64,000 nt of DNA from Chrysomallon squamiferum (GCA_012295275.1 CM022675.1:14322001-14386000); one strand, 5' to 3'. Positions 48,887-63,423 are shown, counted from the stretch's first letter. Notes: generated by a model not told the origin, from the sequence alone. Program-made: numbers and translations.

Positions 48887-49869
48887 TTACTATTATTCAA
48901 AATAGGTAAAATCTTTTTCTTTGTTATTTGGTGACGCCTTTTCTTTTCTTCTTCTTCTTCTGCAGAACACTAACTTCTTCTTCTGTTTAATATTCAGCTT
49001 GTTGTTTGTTTTGAAACACTAACTGTTTTCTGCGACTGTTCTTACTCCAGTGTTTAATATTCATTGTTGTTTGTTCTGCAGAACACTTGTTTTCTGTTTC
49101 TGACTTTGTTTAATATTCAGTTGTTGTTTGTTTTGCAGAACACTAACTGTTTTCTGCGACTGTTCTTACTCCAGTGTTTAATATTCAGTTGTTGTTTGTT
49201 TTGCAGAACACTAACTGTTTTCTGCGACTGTTCTTACTCCAGTGTTTAATATTCAGTTGTTGTTTGTTTTGCAGAACACTAACTGTTTTCTGCGACTGTT
49301 CTTACTCCAGTGTTTAATATTCAGTTGTTGTTTGTTTTGCAGAACACTAACTGTTTTCTGCGACTGTTCTGACTCCAGTGTTTAATATTCAGTTGTTGTT
49401 TGTTTTGCAGAACACTAACTGTTTTCTGCGACTGTTCTGACTCCAGTGTTTAATATTCAGTTGTTGTTTGTTTTGCAGAACACTAACTGTTTTCTGCGAC
49501 TGTTCTGACTCCAGTGTTTAATATTCAGTTGTTGTTTGTTTTTCAGGACCACGCTGTCGTCGTGCACGTAAACCAAAAGACCGAAGCGAAGAAGACAAAC
49601 GTCCGAGGACGGCATTTTCCACACAGCAGCTGCAACGACTGAGGCAGGAATTTGACCACAATCCTTATCTCACTGAACAACGACGTCACTTCCTGTCACG
49701 TGAGCTCGGCCTCAACGAATCGCAAGTGAAAATCTGGTTCCAGAACAAGCGAGCCAAACTGAAAAAATCGACTCCAGACCAAAACGAGCTGGCGATGAAA
49801 TTAATGGCAGAAGGTCTTTACAACCACAAGACAATAGTTCTGAAAGATGAAGAAAGCGATTCGGCTTAG
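43609..49869 (+). CDS. en: Engrailed-family homeobox transcription factor, 2 exons (43609-44059, 49547-49869), ~257 aa
   Basis: Exon 1 encodes EH1 ([15 protein letters not shown]) and EH2 ([16 protein letters not shown]), with a phase-1 donor G|gtacgt at the conserved engrailed intron position. Exon 2 encodes GPR..., homeodomain [61 protein letters not shown]5 [17 protein letters not shown] and TAG at 49867-49869. Start codon uncertain (in-frame ATGs at 43609, 43660, 43747). Confidence 0.97.
47750..48215 (+). repeat. Degenerate short-period repeat rich in (c)tgaataaa within the engrailed intron
   Basis: Recurrent ctgaataaa followed by T/TG-rich tails (e.g. 47872, 47912, 48021, 48103, 48139). 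Confidence 0.75.
48960..49546 (+). repeat. 68-bp minisatellite abutting the engrailed exon 2 acceptor
   Basis: Six near-identical units aacactaactgttttctgcgactgttct(t/g)actccagtgtttaatattcagttgttgtttgttttgcag start at 49139, 49207, 49275, 49343, 49411 and 49479; degenerate units from ~48966. The last unit ends tttttcag, which is the real acceptor (49546). Confidence 0.97.
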
Positions 49870-50283
49870 ACCGAAGACGAAAACAAAATAACGAAAGTCC
49901 TCAACATGTGAGGTTGAAAAACAACAAGAAGATTTAACCCCAAATCTTATTTTATAAGGTAACATAACAGGCCAAATAACTGTCATGTCAGTTTTAGATT
50001 TAGTAACGCATACTATGCGTACTGAAAATATTACATCATTGACTTCCGGCTTGGTGGCGAGATCTAGACTGTACTTCGGTTTTATGGAAAGTCTGAAAAT
50101 ACTGACATTCGCATTTTCCGAAAGTAGTCGTCATTCGTAAGAAACAAATGGCGGGAAACGAAATGACGTCGTCTGCAACAGGACAGAGTAACTGAAGAGA
50201 AAATGAGACATTCTTTGTAATTAACTTTTTTTTCTTTTTAGAATTAAATATGGCGCGTGCGAAAGAAAACAACAATGATGATG

Positions 50284-50329
<46 letters not shown>

Positions 50330-50622
50330 TAATAATAATAATAATAATAATATTAGTATTAAACTCAAAATAAATTTCAAAGAGTCAAGCACTCAGTCTA
50401 GCTAGATGGATTTAATTATTTTGAATCTGTGTAGGTCTTGCTCAATAACTATGTATCTGTATTTCTAAACCACACATAGAAAGAAGTATGTAATCGATAA
50501 GCGAGTTAAAAAAAGAAAAAGAAAACTTCAAAACAAATTTAAAATGTCGATATGTAATGAAGAAAATAATGTAAGAAATGCGAAACTTTTCACTTGGTTT
50601 CCTATAAGGAAATTTGTGTCAC

Positions 50623-50691
<69 letters not shown>

Positions 50692-50749
50692 AAAATGAAT
50701 GAATGAATGAATAAATAAAAATTATGTTCTTAATAATAATAATAATATA

Positions 50750-50809
<60 letters not shown>

Positions 50810-51624
50810 AAGAAAGAAAGAAATAGATAAACTGATTAATTAATTAATTAAATATATATATATATATATATATAATATATATATATAATAAATATAATAT
50901 GCGGTAAAATAAAAATTTCTATTCGTGTTATTGACATTAATTCTTTTTTTATTTGTTATTTTAATTTCATTTTAATATTACATATTTTATTTTATAGTTT
51001 TAGTTTTTCTCAAAGTGTACAGATTTTTCTAAATTTAGTTTCTATTCTATTACAAAATAAGTTCATTCGCGGGCACTTTTTATTTTAATTATTGATTACA
51101 TTTAAATTCAGCTTTAATGGGTGGATTCTTTTGATTTTTTTTTAATTAACTGTAACTAGAGTTGTTTAGTTTGATGTGATTTAAAATTATTATTTCTCAG
51201 TTATAGTTTTTTGATAAAAAATTGAAAATTATTTTATTGATATTAACATTGGTAATATATTAATTTACAAAATTAAAGTAATATAAAAATAAAAATAACA
51301 AATCATTTTATTTTATTATTATTATTTTTTTTTAATCTTAAACCAAATTAAACTAAACTTCAATAAAACAAACTAAAATAAAACATGAAAAAGAAGAATC
51401 TAATCCGAATTTTAGGCAAACATAAGATAATGAAATTTGTTTTCGGAAAAATTCATTTTATTTTATTTTATATATATATATATATATATATTTGTTTTTA
51501 TATAATTTGCAGTTTCAATTACTAGTTGGACGTGTTTAGAAACCTGTGTTTTTATTTACAATTCTGACCACGGTGCTGACTCACACATGTAAACTTGTAC
51601 AAACATCAGTCTGTGATAAACTGT

Positions 51625-51690
51625 AATAAAGTGAATCTTAATCTCTTCAACTTGTCCTTTTTACTTTACTCGTTGTTTGGTTTAGTTCTT
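51625..51690 (+). terminator. Candidate engrailed polyadenylation signal
   Basis: AATAAA at 51625-51630 after unique sequence and before a U/GU-rich tract, implying a ~1.8 kb 3' UTR. Other AATAAA hexamers exist nearby, so this is tentative. Confidence 0.35.
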
Positions 51691-52623
51691 TCACTCTTCT
51701 GTGCGTACATTTATATATATACATCATTCTTTCTGTTTATTTTTTATTTGTAATATTAAATCTTTCTTTTTTCACGTTTTATTATTAATTTTTTGTATTT
51801 GTATTTTTCATTCTTTTTTCATTTTTCGTAATATTTAATTTCTTTTTTCTTTATATTTGGTTTTGTAATTGTTTATTTATTTTCTTTTTATATATTTTCT
51901 GTATTTTATTACAATTTTATTATTTCTTTTATCAACTTTATCAGTTTTAATATACATATAATTTTTTATCTTTTTACTTATTTTTATTCATAAAATGGAT
52001 ATTTTTTAATTTATTTTTTTCTTTCTTTATATATATATATTTAGAAAGAAAGAAAAAATATGTTCAAACTTCTAAAATGTTTATTTTCAAATTATTATTT
52101 ATTTATTTATATTCTTTTTAAAAATTAATTTCATATCTCAGCTTGCCACGGGTATGTATTAACTACATCACCATCGCTTGAGAGCTGCCACAATAAACAT
52201 TTCAACTACTCTCACAGTGCTAAGTGTTATTCGTAACGTAACTTTTATTTCAGTAATGTACAGTAATACGTCGTGTATGAAGCAGATGTTCAATATATTT
52301 AATAACAATCGAGTTTATATGCCTCACAATTGTTCCAGTGAAAAAGTAAAAAAGATTTCGCTTCGTTTTAAAACTGAACACGGTCTTGTAGAGGGTTTGT
52401 CAGGGTTGCCAAGTTTGTTACAGGTAAACGACGACATTTATCAACTCTGCATCAGGGCTGTTTTAATACTGAATCTGATTTTCATTACTATTTATTAATA
52501 CAAGAGAACAGTTACACTGAGAGACACACTGTCAGATAGATAGGTAGTCAGATTGGCAGACTAAATTATAGATAGATGTGTGCGTGTGAGTTTGGATAGA
52601 AAAATAGATGGTAGGAAGCTGGG

Positions 52624-52624
<1 letters not shown>

Positions 52625-52668
<44 letters not shown>

Positions 52669-52798
52669 GTGTGTGTGTGTGTGTGTGTGTGTGTAGACAG
52701 GTAGATACGGATAGAGTAAATAAATAAATTGAAAAATAAAGAAAGAAAGAAGGAAAAAAAGAATTATGGTGAGAAAAATCAGATAAATTGAGAGAGTG

Positions 52799-52894
<96 letters not shown>
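52625..52894. repeat. (TG)n and (GA)n microsatellites
   Basis: Directly visible. Confidence 0.9.
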
Positions 52895-52897
<3 letters not shown>

Positions 52898-53807
52898 GTG
52901 ACAGAAGAATCTGTAGAAATAGAAGAAATAATCAGCTGTTTCAGTGACATATTCGTGAACTTACGGAGAAATCGGAACAACAGGAGAGACACTTGCCTGG
53001 TAGAAAAAGATAAATTAGCTTTCTAACAATGTGCTATCTATTTTCAGTTTCTCTTCATTTTGTTCTTTCTTTCTTTTTTTTTCTTTTTTTTCAATTCCCT
53101 CACCTTTCTGGGGTTGTTTTTTTCTTTCTTTTTTTTTTTTTTTTTACGTCCCAGCTTGCCATTATAAAATTCAGAGATCGTAGTTTCCCGTTTTACTTCT
53201 TCTCAAAGTTTAAAGTGTATAAAATTTCCCTTCGCCGCTGTAAGTTTACGCTCGAGATCAACACTCACTGACAGTTTGAGGGTTTTTAAAAAAAAATACA
53301 CAAAAAAATTCTGATGCACTGTTTTGCATTTGTATAATTATCACGAAACGACTGTGGTTCATTTGTAGTTCTGAATGTATTCATGTCAGGGCCAAGCTAA
53401 AACTTCGCTTTCAGCTTTGACATTTAATTTACAGGCGAGAAAACCTCATTCGTTGTTTGATAGCTTTTAACTTAATTCACTCTTCTCCCTGGATACCCTC
53501 GATTTCCTGGGAGGTTTGGGCACAAACACCCGGGATAAATGAATGAATAAATATCGGCTGAATGACACCTCGAAACATTTTTATATGCAATGTGATTACC
53601 TGTTAAACAGAATAGTGTTTTTTCCTGGTGGTAGAGTGTCAGGTTCGAAACTCATTCCTGTTTTTAGACAATCACAGCTCGCCTTTGTGTACCTGCTACA
53701 TTTATGACTGCTTGTCACAACCACGTAAATACTTCTGAATGCACTTAGGAACCTGTCTACACACTTAAGTAGACAAGTAAGTAAGTAAATAAAACAAGTA
53801 AGTAAAA

Positions 53808-53862
<55 letters not shown>

Positions 53863-56739
53863 ATGCTGAGACAGACAGATAGAGAAAAAGACAGAGAGAC
53901 GGAAAGATAGATAAATATATAAAAAGATAGTCAGAGAGACAGAGAGATGGATGAAAGATAAATAGACAGACAGATAGACAGACAGGTATATAGACAAGAA
54001 GGCAAGGAAGTAGACAGACACACAGACATATTCTTAAATTATAATAGATAAATACATATTAAAACAGATGAAGATATCAATATATAGAAAAAACAACAAC
54101 GACAACACCACCACTGAAAACTCTAGGGAAAACAGAAATGATATTGTAAATTGTATTAAGACCGCAACTACTTTAAAATTAAACCTTCAACGTATCACTT
54201 GACCAAAACTAATTGAATTTCATCGTAATTATTAATAAAGTGTTAGAGAATTCGTTTTCTGAACTGGTTGTCATAGCTACTCTGTTTCAAGTAATTATGA
54301 TATAATTAATGTTGCCGTCTTGATCTCCCCTGACACCAGGTTTAACGTCTTTTGTGTGTGAAGCCCAATCACGAGTCGCCGGTAACTTTAGCATAACATT
54401 TGGCATCGGTACTGAAGATCACGTTCTCGCGAGATCGCGAAATGTCGCGTTATTTTGATTAATATTGGAGCAGAAGTTCCGCTTGACAAAACTCACATAA
54501 ACGTATCAGTCAAGGCGAAAATTAAGACGATAATTATAATGCAACTCGAGTTTGAGTTCCATTCAATCGACCCACTCTAACTTGAAGATATAATTCCACC
54601 CGGATCGGCTAATAGAACTTTGAGTTTACCTCGAGAAGGTGTTAAATCCCAAATTACTAAATTTTTCATTTAAATGTGTCAGCAAAATTAACTCCTCTTG
54701 TTGGATACGCCAAAAAGTCGCCACGATAGAGTTGTCGATCACAATGGGGGTTGGTGTCTATTACCCTCCGGCTTTTAGCTGCAACCAGTCTTTGTACACT
54801 GGTATTACCAGCCAGGCGCGCCGCTAACACTCTGCAGAAAACCAGTCTGTTAAAAAGTTTGATTTGTGGAAAATCATTCTTAAAATGTGCGATATTTAGA
54901 TTTTAATGTATTGGAAAATAACCTATAACATAAAAAAAAGAAAAAAACTAAAGCAAATTTTATTATATAGCGTATGATCTTTAGTTTTTCTAGGAGTTCA
55001 ATATATCTTTCCTTCTTTAACATTTTATTTTTTAAATAAATTTGTTTTTGAAAAAATAATAAAATAAAATAAAAAATATTATTTATGTAACATTTAGCTT
55101 TTATTTATTTCTATTTCTTTCTCTCTTTCTTTTTTTCTCTTTATTTGTGTGTTTGTAGCTAGATCTAAAACTGCTGTTTAGTTTGATATTTGAAATAGGG
55201 AAATTTGTGAAAACATTAAAAAATCTGAACTGTACTCGATTGTTCAGTATTAATGTTTATATTCGAAAGATTAAACTAACCTTCACACTGGTTGAAACGT
55301 TTTTGTTAATTATTAATATATATACATATATTCTTAATATAAATCTACCAACCATCTGTAGTAAGTATAGTGTTTTTTCACAGTAGTTAATTTTACAGCT
55401 ATGACTGTGAAATGTTGCTGTGATACTTTTGAAATGAAGCATACATAATTTTACAACAACAGTAATCGATATTTGGTAAATTTGAAAACTCTCATTATAT
55501 TTATTCGTATCCATTTTTGTTTGCTTTAATTATCGCATAATTATATGCATGAAATAAATAAATAATACTGTAGCTGATTATAATATATTTAATGTATACA
55601 TTTATTGTTTATTATTATTTTTTTAATATATATTTTTATTGTTTATTTGTTATTTGTTGTGGCCATTACTGTAACATCTAGTTCTGTTGTTATTAATATT
55701 GTTCTATACAAACTTTTTGTTGTTGTCGTTGTTGTTGTTATTATTATTATTGTTGTTGTTTTTTTTATTATTATTGTTTCTGTAGTAGTAGTAGTTGTCG
55801 TTATTATTATCATTATTATTACTATTATTGTTGTTGTTGTTGTTGTTGGTATTATTATTATTAAGCGTGTACACTAACTGTGTTCTACGTATATATTTCA
55901 CTGACACAGTTTAAAATCTAACACTAATCTTCATGTCATCTTTATTAACATTTTCAATGAAAGTCAGTTTACGGTTGGAATCTTGCAAACGACAACAGAT
56001 GCTAAATTATGGCGGTCTGGACCGCATTTTGATAACCAATAATTACATATCAGACAGCCTCGTTTTGAAACAACACCTCGCGCAGTTACCCGCAAAAACG
56101 TGCAGATCAGTCGTTTGCACTTTAACAGCATCAATCAAAACAAAAAAGAAGAAAAAAAAAAGACCGTTGCCTTCGGCCATTTTTGTTATCTACTCCGTTA
56201 TTGGTTCACTGATTGAACCTTGTAGTGACGTCACCTGTCACGTGATGGCACTTGAGAAGCGACAGATACAGATAGGGTGAGAGGAGTAATTACGGCTGTG
56301 AAAGAGAATGGTAGATATTCTCGCTGATGTAGTTAATAGTTGTGTCGGCCGAACACCTCCAGTAAGTAACTACATCAGTTTTATCTAACAATCACGTGAC
56401 CTGTCGCGCAGCATAAATAATTAAACGTGCACGACGAAAATAGAATACGACGAGCTGTATTGTTCTGTTCCCTGTGACAATACAGATGTCAGAAAACAGA
56501 ATAAATGTTAACTATTTAAATCTATATCTACATATATATTATATTTTCATTCATTCTAATGTTTCATAACACCCCCCACACACACCGACAAAACCGAAAC
56601 ACGCACACGCACACACACACAAATATATTAAATGAGCGACTGAGGGAACAGTAAGCTGTGATAGATATTTATTTTGTACGTGTAAAATTAATACATTAAT
56701 AGATAAAAAATGAAAATGAAGATGAGAAAGGAACAGCAA

Positions 56740-56761
56740 TAATAATGATAACAAGAAGTGA

Positions 56762-56814
<53 letters not shown>

Positions 56815-56834
56815 TAATAATAATAATAATAATG

Positions 56835-56872
<38 letters not shown>

Positions 56873-57075
56873 GATGATAATAATAATAATAACAACAGTG
56901 ATAATAACAACAACAAAAGACAATATATGATGACAACAAAAAACAACAACGATTAATAACAGTAAAAATAATAATAATCATAATATCAATGACCATGATA
57001 ATAAGAACAGCAACAACAACGACAATAACAATAATAATAATAACAACAATAACAACAACAACAATAATAATAATA
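56740..57075. repeat. (AAT/GAT/AAC)n low-complexity tract
   Basis: Directly visible; source of the poly-I/poly-L/poly-Y ORFs. Confidence 0.9.
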
Positions 57076-57799
57076 GAACAGGATATAATATAAAGAATGT
57101 TTTTGTATAATTTATATAAACAGCGAAGAACAACATTTTAATGATGAAAAGTTTGCTGTGAGCCCGCGCCTCACGTCCGCTGATTCGTTTTAGTGTTTGT
57201 TGTTGTTTCTAGCTCAGCTTGTACACAAAGAAAATGAAGAAAATAGGAATCAAGTAACACACAGCAATAAAGTCGCTGAGGTGAATATAGAAGTTAGAAA
57301 ATTATACAAAGACACGAAAGGAACGGAGATAAAATAAAAAAAAAAAAAAAAAAACAGGAAGAAAAATGTTATTAATATAAAAAAAAAAAAATAAAAAAAA
57401 AAAAAAATGTCAGTAAAAAAAAAAAATAAATAAAAAAAAGAATAAAAATAAAAAATCCACACAATTTATTTATTTTATTATTTTTCCAAAATTTTATTTT
57501 CATCTTCTTTTATGAAAGAAAAAAAAACAAAAATTAAAAAAAACAAATCTGCTTCAGACCACATTGTAAATTTTCAGAAATTTATGATTTGTCTCGTGTA
57601 TTTTTTTTAATTACTTTTCAGAAATTATATTTTTATTTTATTTTATAAAACGATATACAAATTGTACAACTTATTTCAGTGAAATCCCCAGTGTGACAAA
57701 ACAAGTTCAGATTTCTGTACACGTGTGTTTTGATGAGTTTATCAATCAGTGAAATAAGGATTATTTATCATTATTATTATTAATATTATTATTATTATT

Positions 57800-57838
<39 letters not shown>

Positions 57839-58214
57839 AACGATGATGTAGGTTTTGTTGGTTTTTTTTTATTTTATTGGCTCTATCCACACTGTTATTG
57901 TTTGTTTCTGAATTTTTATTTTTTATATTTTCTAAACTTATTATTATTTTATTTATTTCATTCTTTATTTATTATCATGATTTTTATTCTTTAATATTAT
58001 TGTTATTATTTTTATTATTATTATTATTATAATTGCTATTGTTATAATTGTTATCATTATTATTATTATCATTATTATTATTATTGTTGTTGTTATTATT
58101 ATTGTTGTGGTTATTCTAATTAATAGTTATTGTTTTTGTTATTATTATTATTTATATTGTTGTTGTTGTTATTATAATTATAATATCATTTATATTATTA
58201 ATTATTACTATTCC

Positions 58215-58290
<76 letters not shown>

Positions 58291-60391
58291 TTCTTTCTTT
58301 TTTTCATTTTTTCTTTCTTCTTCTTTTTCTTCTTATTATATTTTTAGACGTTTCGGCTCGTTGGCTTACATTCATACAAAACACAAACATCTGACCAATG
58401 TTAAAATGAGTCAGATTATTATAGAGCATTTTATAATATTTACCAACATTAAACAGGACTATTTAAATACATCGGCAATCAATCTCCTTCCATTTTATTT
58501 ATTTATTTATAATTTTATTTATTTATTTATAATTTTATTTATTTATTTATAATTTTATTTATTTATTTATATATGTGTTTTCTTCCCCTTCTGTTACTCT
58601 TTATTTCAGTTTTTGTATTTTTGCTTTTGTGTTTTAGTTTTTCAGCATCGTCTTCCTTGTTTTTGTTCTTTGTTGTTTTTTTCGATATCATTTCTCTTTC
58701 TTCCTTAACATGTTTATCATACTTTTTTCTTATCATTTCTTTATTTGCTTAAAATCTTTTGTGTTTCTTTCTCCCATTTCACACGATCTTTCTTTCGTTT
58801 TCTTCCTATTTCTTAATATCATAGATTCTTCATTTTTTTCTTCCCTCCTTCCTTCATCCTTCTTCTCCTTTCTCTCCATCCATTAAACAAAAAGAGAAGA
58901 CAGAACTTAGACAGGTATATAATTATCGCTTTATAACAATTTAATCATCAGTAAACGAATAGGCTGTTAGTAGCCGAGGAGGGTGGGGGGTGTATAAAAA
59001 ACAAGTGAGCTGGCACTTGAGGAAACTAAGTCTTGATGAATCTGTTTACAGTAAAACCGAGTAACTGAAGATTTTGACATTTTAATTACAGTTATCTCTT
59101 TCCTGTAATTGGTGGTTTACCTGTACAGTATTCTTTCTTTCCCTGATCTTTTACTTTTTATTTAAAACTACTCATTTCTTGTCAACGTTCTGTCTGTCTG
59201 TCTGTCTGTGTATCTATCTATCTAGTTAGCCATCTATGGGTATATATGATTATGTCTATCAGTCTGTGTATGTATGTATGTATGTATGTATTTATGTATG
59301 TATGTATGTATTTATGTATGTGTGTATGTATTTATGTATGTATTTATGCATGTGTGTATGCATGTGTGTATGCATGTATGCTATCTATCTGTATGTCTGA
59401 CTATCTGACTGTCTGTCTGTCTGTCTGTCTGTCTGTGTGTGCCTCTATGCATTTCTTTATCTATTTATCTATTTATACTTGGTGTCTCTTTCACATTATT
59501 TTACTGCATGTCTCAAAGTACTATTCTGTCTGTCTCTCTCCCTTTCAGCCACTTCCTTCATCTACAGTTTTATTATCACCTCATCCCACGAAACATCTTA
59601 ATTTTCTTCTCAGACATTCCTAATCTTTCTCAAAAATACAAAAATATTACATAACAAACGACCACCATCCAGCTCAGACCACACCACTGTCATTTCATTC
59701 TCATCACGTTACCCTCCCCTGGACATTACATTAGACTAATAACCCACTGCGTTCCGTTTTATTACTTGTATTCGCCTCTGTAAACAATGACCGGGAACCA
59801 GTCGTAATGTTTGGCATGGTGCTGTTTAACAAGCCGGTAACCGATACGGAGAGGATAAGTTTTGCTGTTTGTTTTGACAATAATAGTAACTATATATCCA
59901 GTCAGCTCAAACACGGTAATTTTCGCTGAGTGATAGACTGCAGTGCTATCTCTCACTGCCTACTCGCTCTGGCAGGTAAAACAAACTTTCTCGCACCAAA
60001 AGCCAACGATAAATTAACTTCGGAATGCAGTGTAGACGTCGGTTATACAGGTGCATTCTGGGTAATAAATGGCGATTGTGTTACAAAGACGAACAGTCAC
60101 GTGAAAATGTAATTTAATTTCAGAAAATAAACGGAAGACCTGTAGAATTTTATATATGAAAATTATGACTGACTGAAATTTTGTTTCTGTTTATCATTTT
60201 TTTCTCGGTTTCGTTTTGTTTATCTTTTACTTTGTCTGTCTGTTTATCTGTATTTTTATTAGTGTTAGTCACGGCGGTTTTTATCGTGTTTGTAAGAGAG
60301 ATATTTCATTCTGTAGATTTTCTAAAGAAGATTCCTTTATGCTCTATTTCAGTAAGAAAAATCTGAAGATTTAAAAACGTTACACCCACAG

Positions 60392-60430
<39 letters not shown>

Positions 60431-60808
60431 TATGCATCTTCTAGTAGCATTTAATTAAAAACTACTTTACTACACTTAAAATAAATACACAACATGTGTG
60501 AACGGAACAAATGAAACCAATTACATTTCTATTTAGCTGTAAATTACAGCTGCTGTTGTCACGGTTGATATATGTAGTATTGTATTATAATAATAATATC
60601 ACGTGTAAAATTAATTATTGTTCTCAGTGTGACACACGTGCTATCTGGACTGGTGCCTTAATAAGAACGACGATTAAAAAGATTTAAAACAGCAGAATCT
60701 AGATGTTTATTCTTATCAGATATTTGTCTCATAATTATTCTATTTTCTTCTAATCTATCTGTTGTTTTATCTTTCTCTCTTTCTTTTAATTACTATTATT
60801 GTTATTGC

Positions 60809-60886
<78 letters not shown>

Positions 60887-61151
60887 AGCAGTTGTAGTAT
60901 AAGTATTTGTAGTTGTAGTTGCGACAATAATAACGAAAACAACAGCATGAATAAAAACAACAAAAGCACCACTAATAATAATAACAATAACAGTAAAATA
61001 GCAATAAATAAATGAAAATAATAAAAAAACAAAAACAGATCAATATTAATTAGATAAAGTAAAATAGAATTACAAAAACTAAATTAAAATGAATAAATAA
61101 ATAAATAATCGTGATACTAATATTGATGTTGATACCAAAACAAATAACATC

Positions 61152-61195
<44 letters not shown>

Positions 61196-63423
61196 TTAAA
61201 ATAACAAATTAGTAAATGAATGAATGAATGAATAAATAAAAAAATAGTAAAGAAAAACACAATCATATTAGAGAGAGAGAGAAAGAAAAAAAGAAGATGA
61301 TGACGACTATGACAGTAATAATAATAACAACTTGAACAATAGCAACTCCAGCATCAACAATAAAAACAACAACAACAACAACACCAGTAACTTTTTATAT
61401 ACAAGCACTTTATTTAAAGTAATTAACTTGTAATTAAGCTACATGCTTTCAAATACTAATAAATATTTTAAAAGTTTTCGCTAGGACCGAGTGTTAACTA
61501 GCGCTAGAGGGTGGAGTGACTGAACAACTAGACACTGTGTGTGTGGTAACACATGGTGGACAGTTTAACAGGGAAGTTGCGTCGCTTCTAAATAGTGTAA
61601 TTTGCTTCATCGGTGTCGTGTTTCGATTGGTTATGGCTATAAACAATATTGGACTTGTCACAGCAGATACAGAACTGTCCTCAAAGATAATTAACCGGGC
61701 AGGGAGAGGAAAGTCTGTACTAAATGGAAACCAAGCGAATTATTACCCTCCGCGAGCAGTTTGTATGGAAAATAATTTGCATATCTTCTTTATGTGTGAT
61801 TGGTGTAGCTCAAATGAAGAAAGTCCGATGATATTGCTGAGAAGAAAACTACTCTTTTATGGCTTCATAAAATTTTGTTGTATTAGATTATAAATAAATT
61901 GGGGTGGAATTGCTGGGAAAAATGGAACGCTGGTATATCTGTTATTCAGAGTTCAGACTTTTTTTTTTTTTTTTTTTTTTCACGTTTTTTAATTTAATGC
62001 TTACAATTACCCTTTCGTTTCTACTAATTAAAATCGACTTATTTATTTATTTTAATTACTACTGCACTATTATTAGATACTGTTCAGTGTAAGCGATATA
62101 TTAAACTGTTGAGCTATTTCTCGTTTCAACCTATATTCCAGAAATTTTAGTGTAACGGTAAGTAATCTACTGTCCATGGCATGGTGCATATGAAAGCTGC
62201 ATTGCTGCTAAGTGGAAGGAGTAGGCCGCGGAGTGACGTCAGCGGGTTTCGTGACTGGTTATCTGTGGACGCCAGATATCCGTAAATAAAACGTGTTGAA
62301 TACGTCGTTAGAAACAAGTTTTCTTTCTTCTAACAGTGTGTCTGATTCACATCAAAATATATATATAAAACAGACACATGGAATTGTAGCTAAGTATTAT
62401 ACAATGATGAAATTAACTCGTGTTAAATAATTAATCAGTTCTCTTTTTCTCTGCCTCTCTTTCTCTCTCAACTACTTTGTATTATTATTATTGCTGCTGT
62501 TGTTGTTGTTGTCATTATTATTATTATTATTATAATTTACAGTCACCAAATAAATAGTCACCAACAAAAAAACATTTGTTTTCAGTGACTGAAAACGTCG
62601 TAAATTAGCATTATCTCCCTTTTTTCTTTATACCTCTCAGAAATGTAATAAAGTGCCACGAAATAATTTTTTATTAAGAGACCTTTGCCACAAATTATCA
62701 CGCCTTGAGAATGCTTTGAAGAGAATCCTTCTATCACCAAACTACAGCCATCATCTTCTTTATTTAATTTCTTGTCAAGTATTACACTCAATTACACCGT
62801 GTCCAGAAAGTTTTACTTTGTGCGCTAAGCGGCCCACAGAAATTTGCTCGTGCGTACGGGGAGATAATTGGTTAGTAACGCGATTACCACTACCACAGCG
62901 ATGGAGCGCTGTACACGTTCAAATAATCGCATTGTTTTGTCAGCTCTGTCGTTTGACTAATAGTATTATAACTGCACGGGCGAAAAGCATCCAGCCAAGC
63001 GTGTAATATCATCAAACCGAATTAGATTGGCGCTGAAAATATATTTATCACTTTTTAACAGATAGGACGCAAATATTGACGACGAAAAAAAAGAAAAAAA
63101 AGTGAGAACAGGAAGGTGGAATTTCATTTGAGAGAAAGGTAGACAAACATTATTGTTTAAATAAAAGCAAACAATGTCCAAACTTCACATTAGAAATGTA
63201 ACTAAACACGTATTAAAAATACTGACTTGATGTTTATCTCTTTGATATTTGTATATTACATTTCTGTAGTACAAAGGTCTTGGATTTCCTGTCACTGCCA
63301 TTACTGTACTACTACTGCTACTATAATACTATTACTAAACCTACTACAACATTTGCTACTACTATTAGTATTTTACTACTACAACTACAAATTATTATAC
63401 TATTAATGCTGCTACAACTCCTT

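Noticed and set aside
49139-49546. Regular repeat array superficially like a CRISPR array
   Set aside because: Units are head-to-tail with no unique spacers, there are no cas genes, and the context is a eukaryotic intron.
53625-53655. tRNA-like GGTAGAG ... GGTTCGAAAC motif
   Set aside because: A- and B-box-like parts are too close together and there is no cloverleaf; at most a SINE scrap.
61516-63006. 125-aa and 117-aa ORFs in the downstream unique sequence
   Set aside because: Non-ATG starts, no recognisable domain, no convincing splice boundaries; they look like non-coding regulatory DNA.
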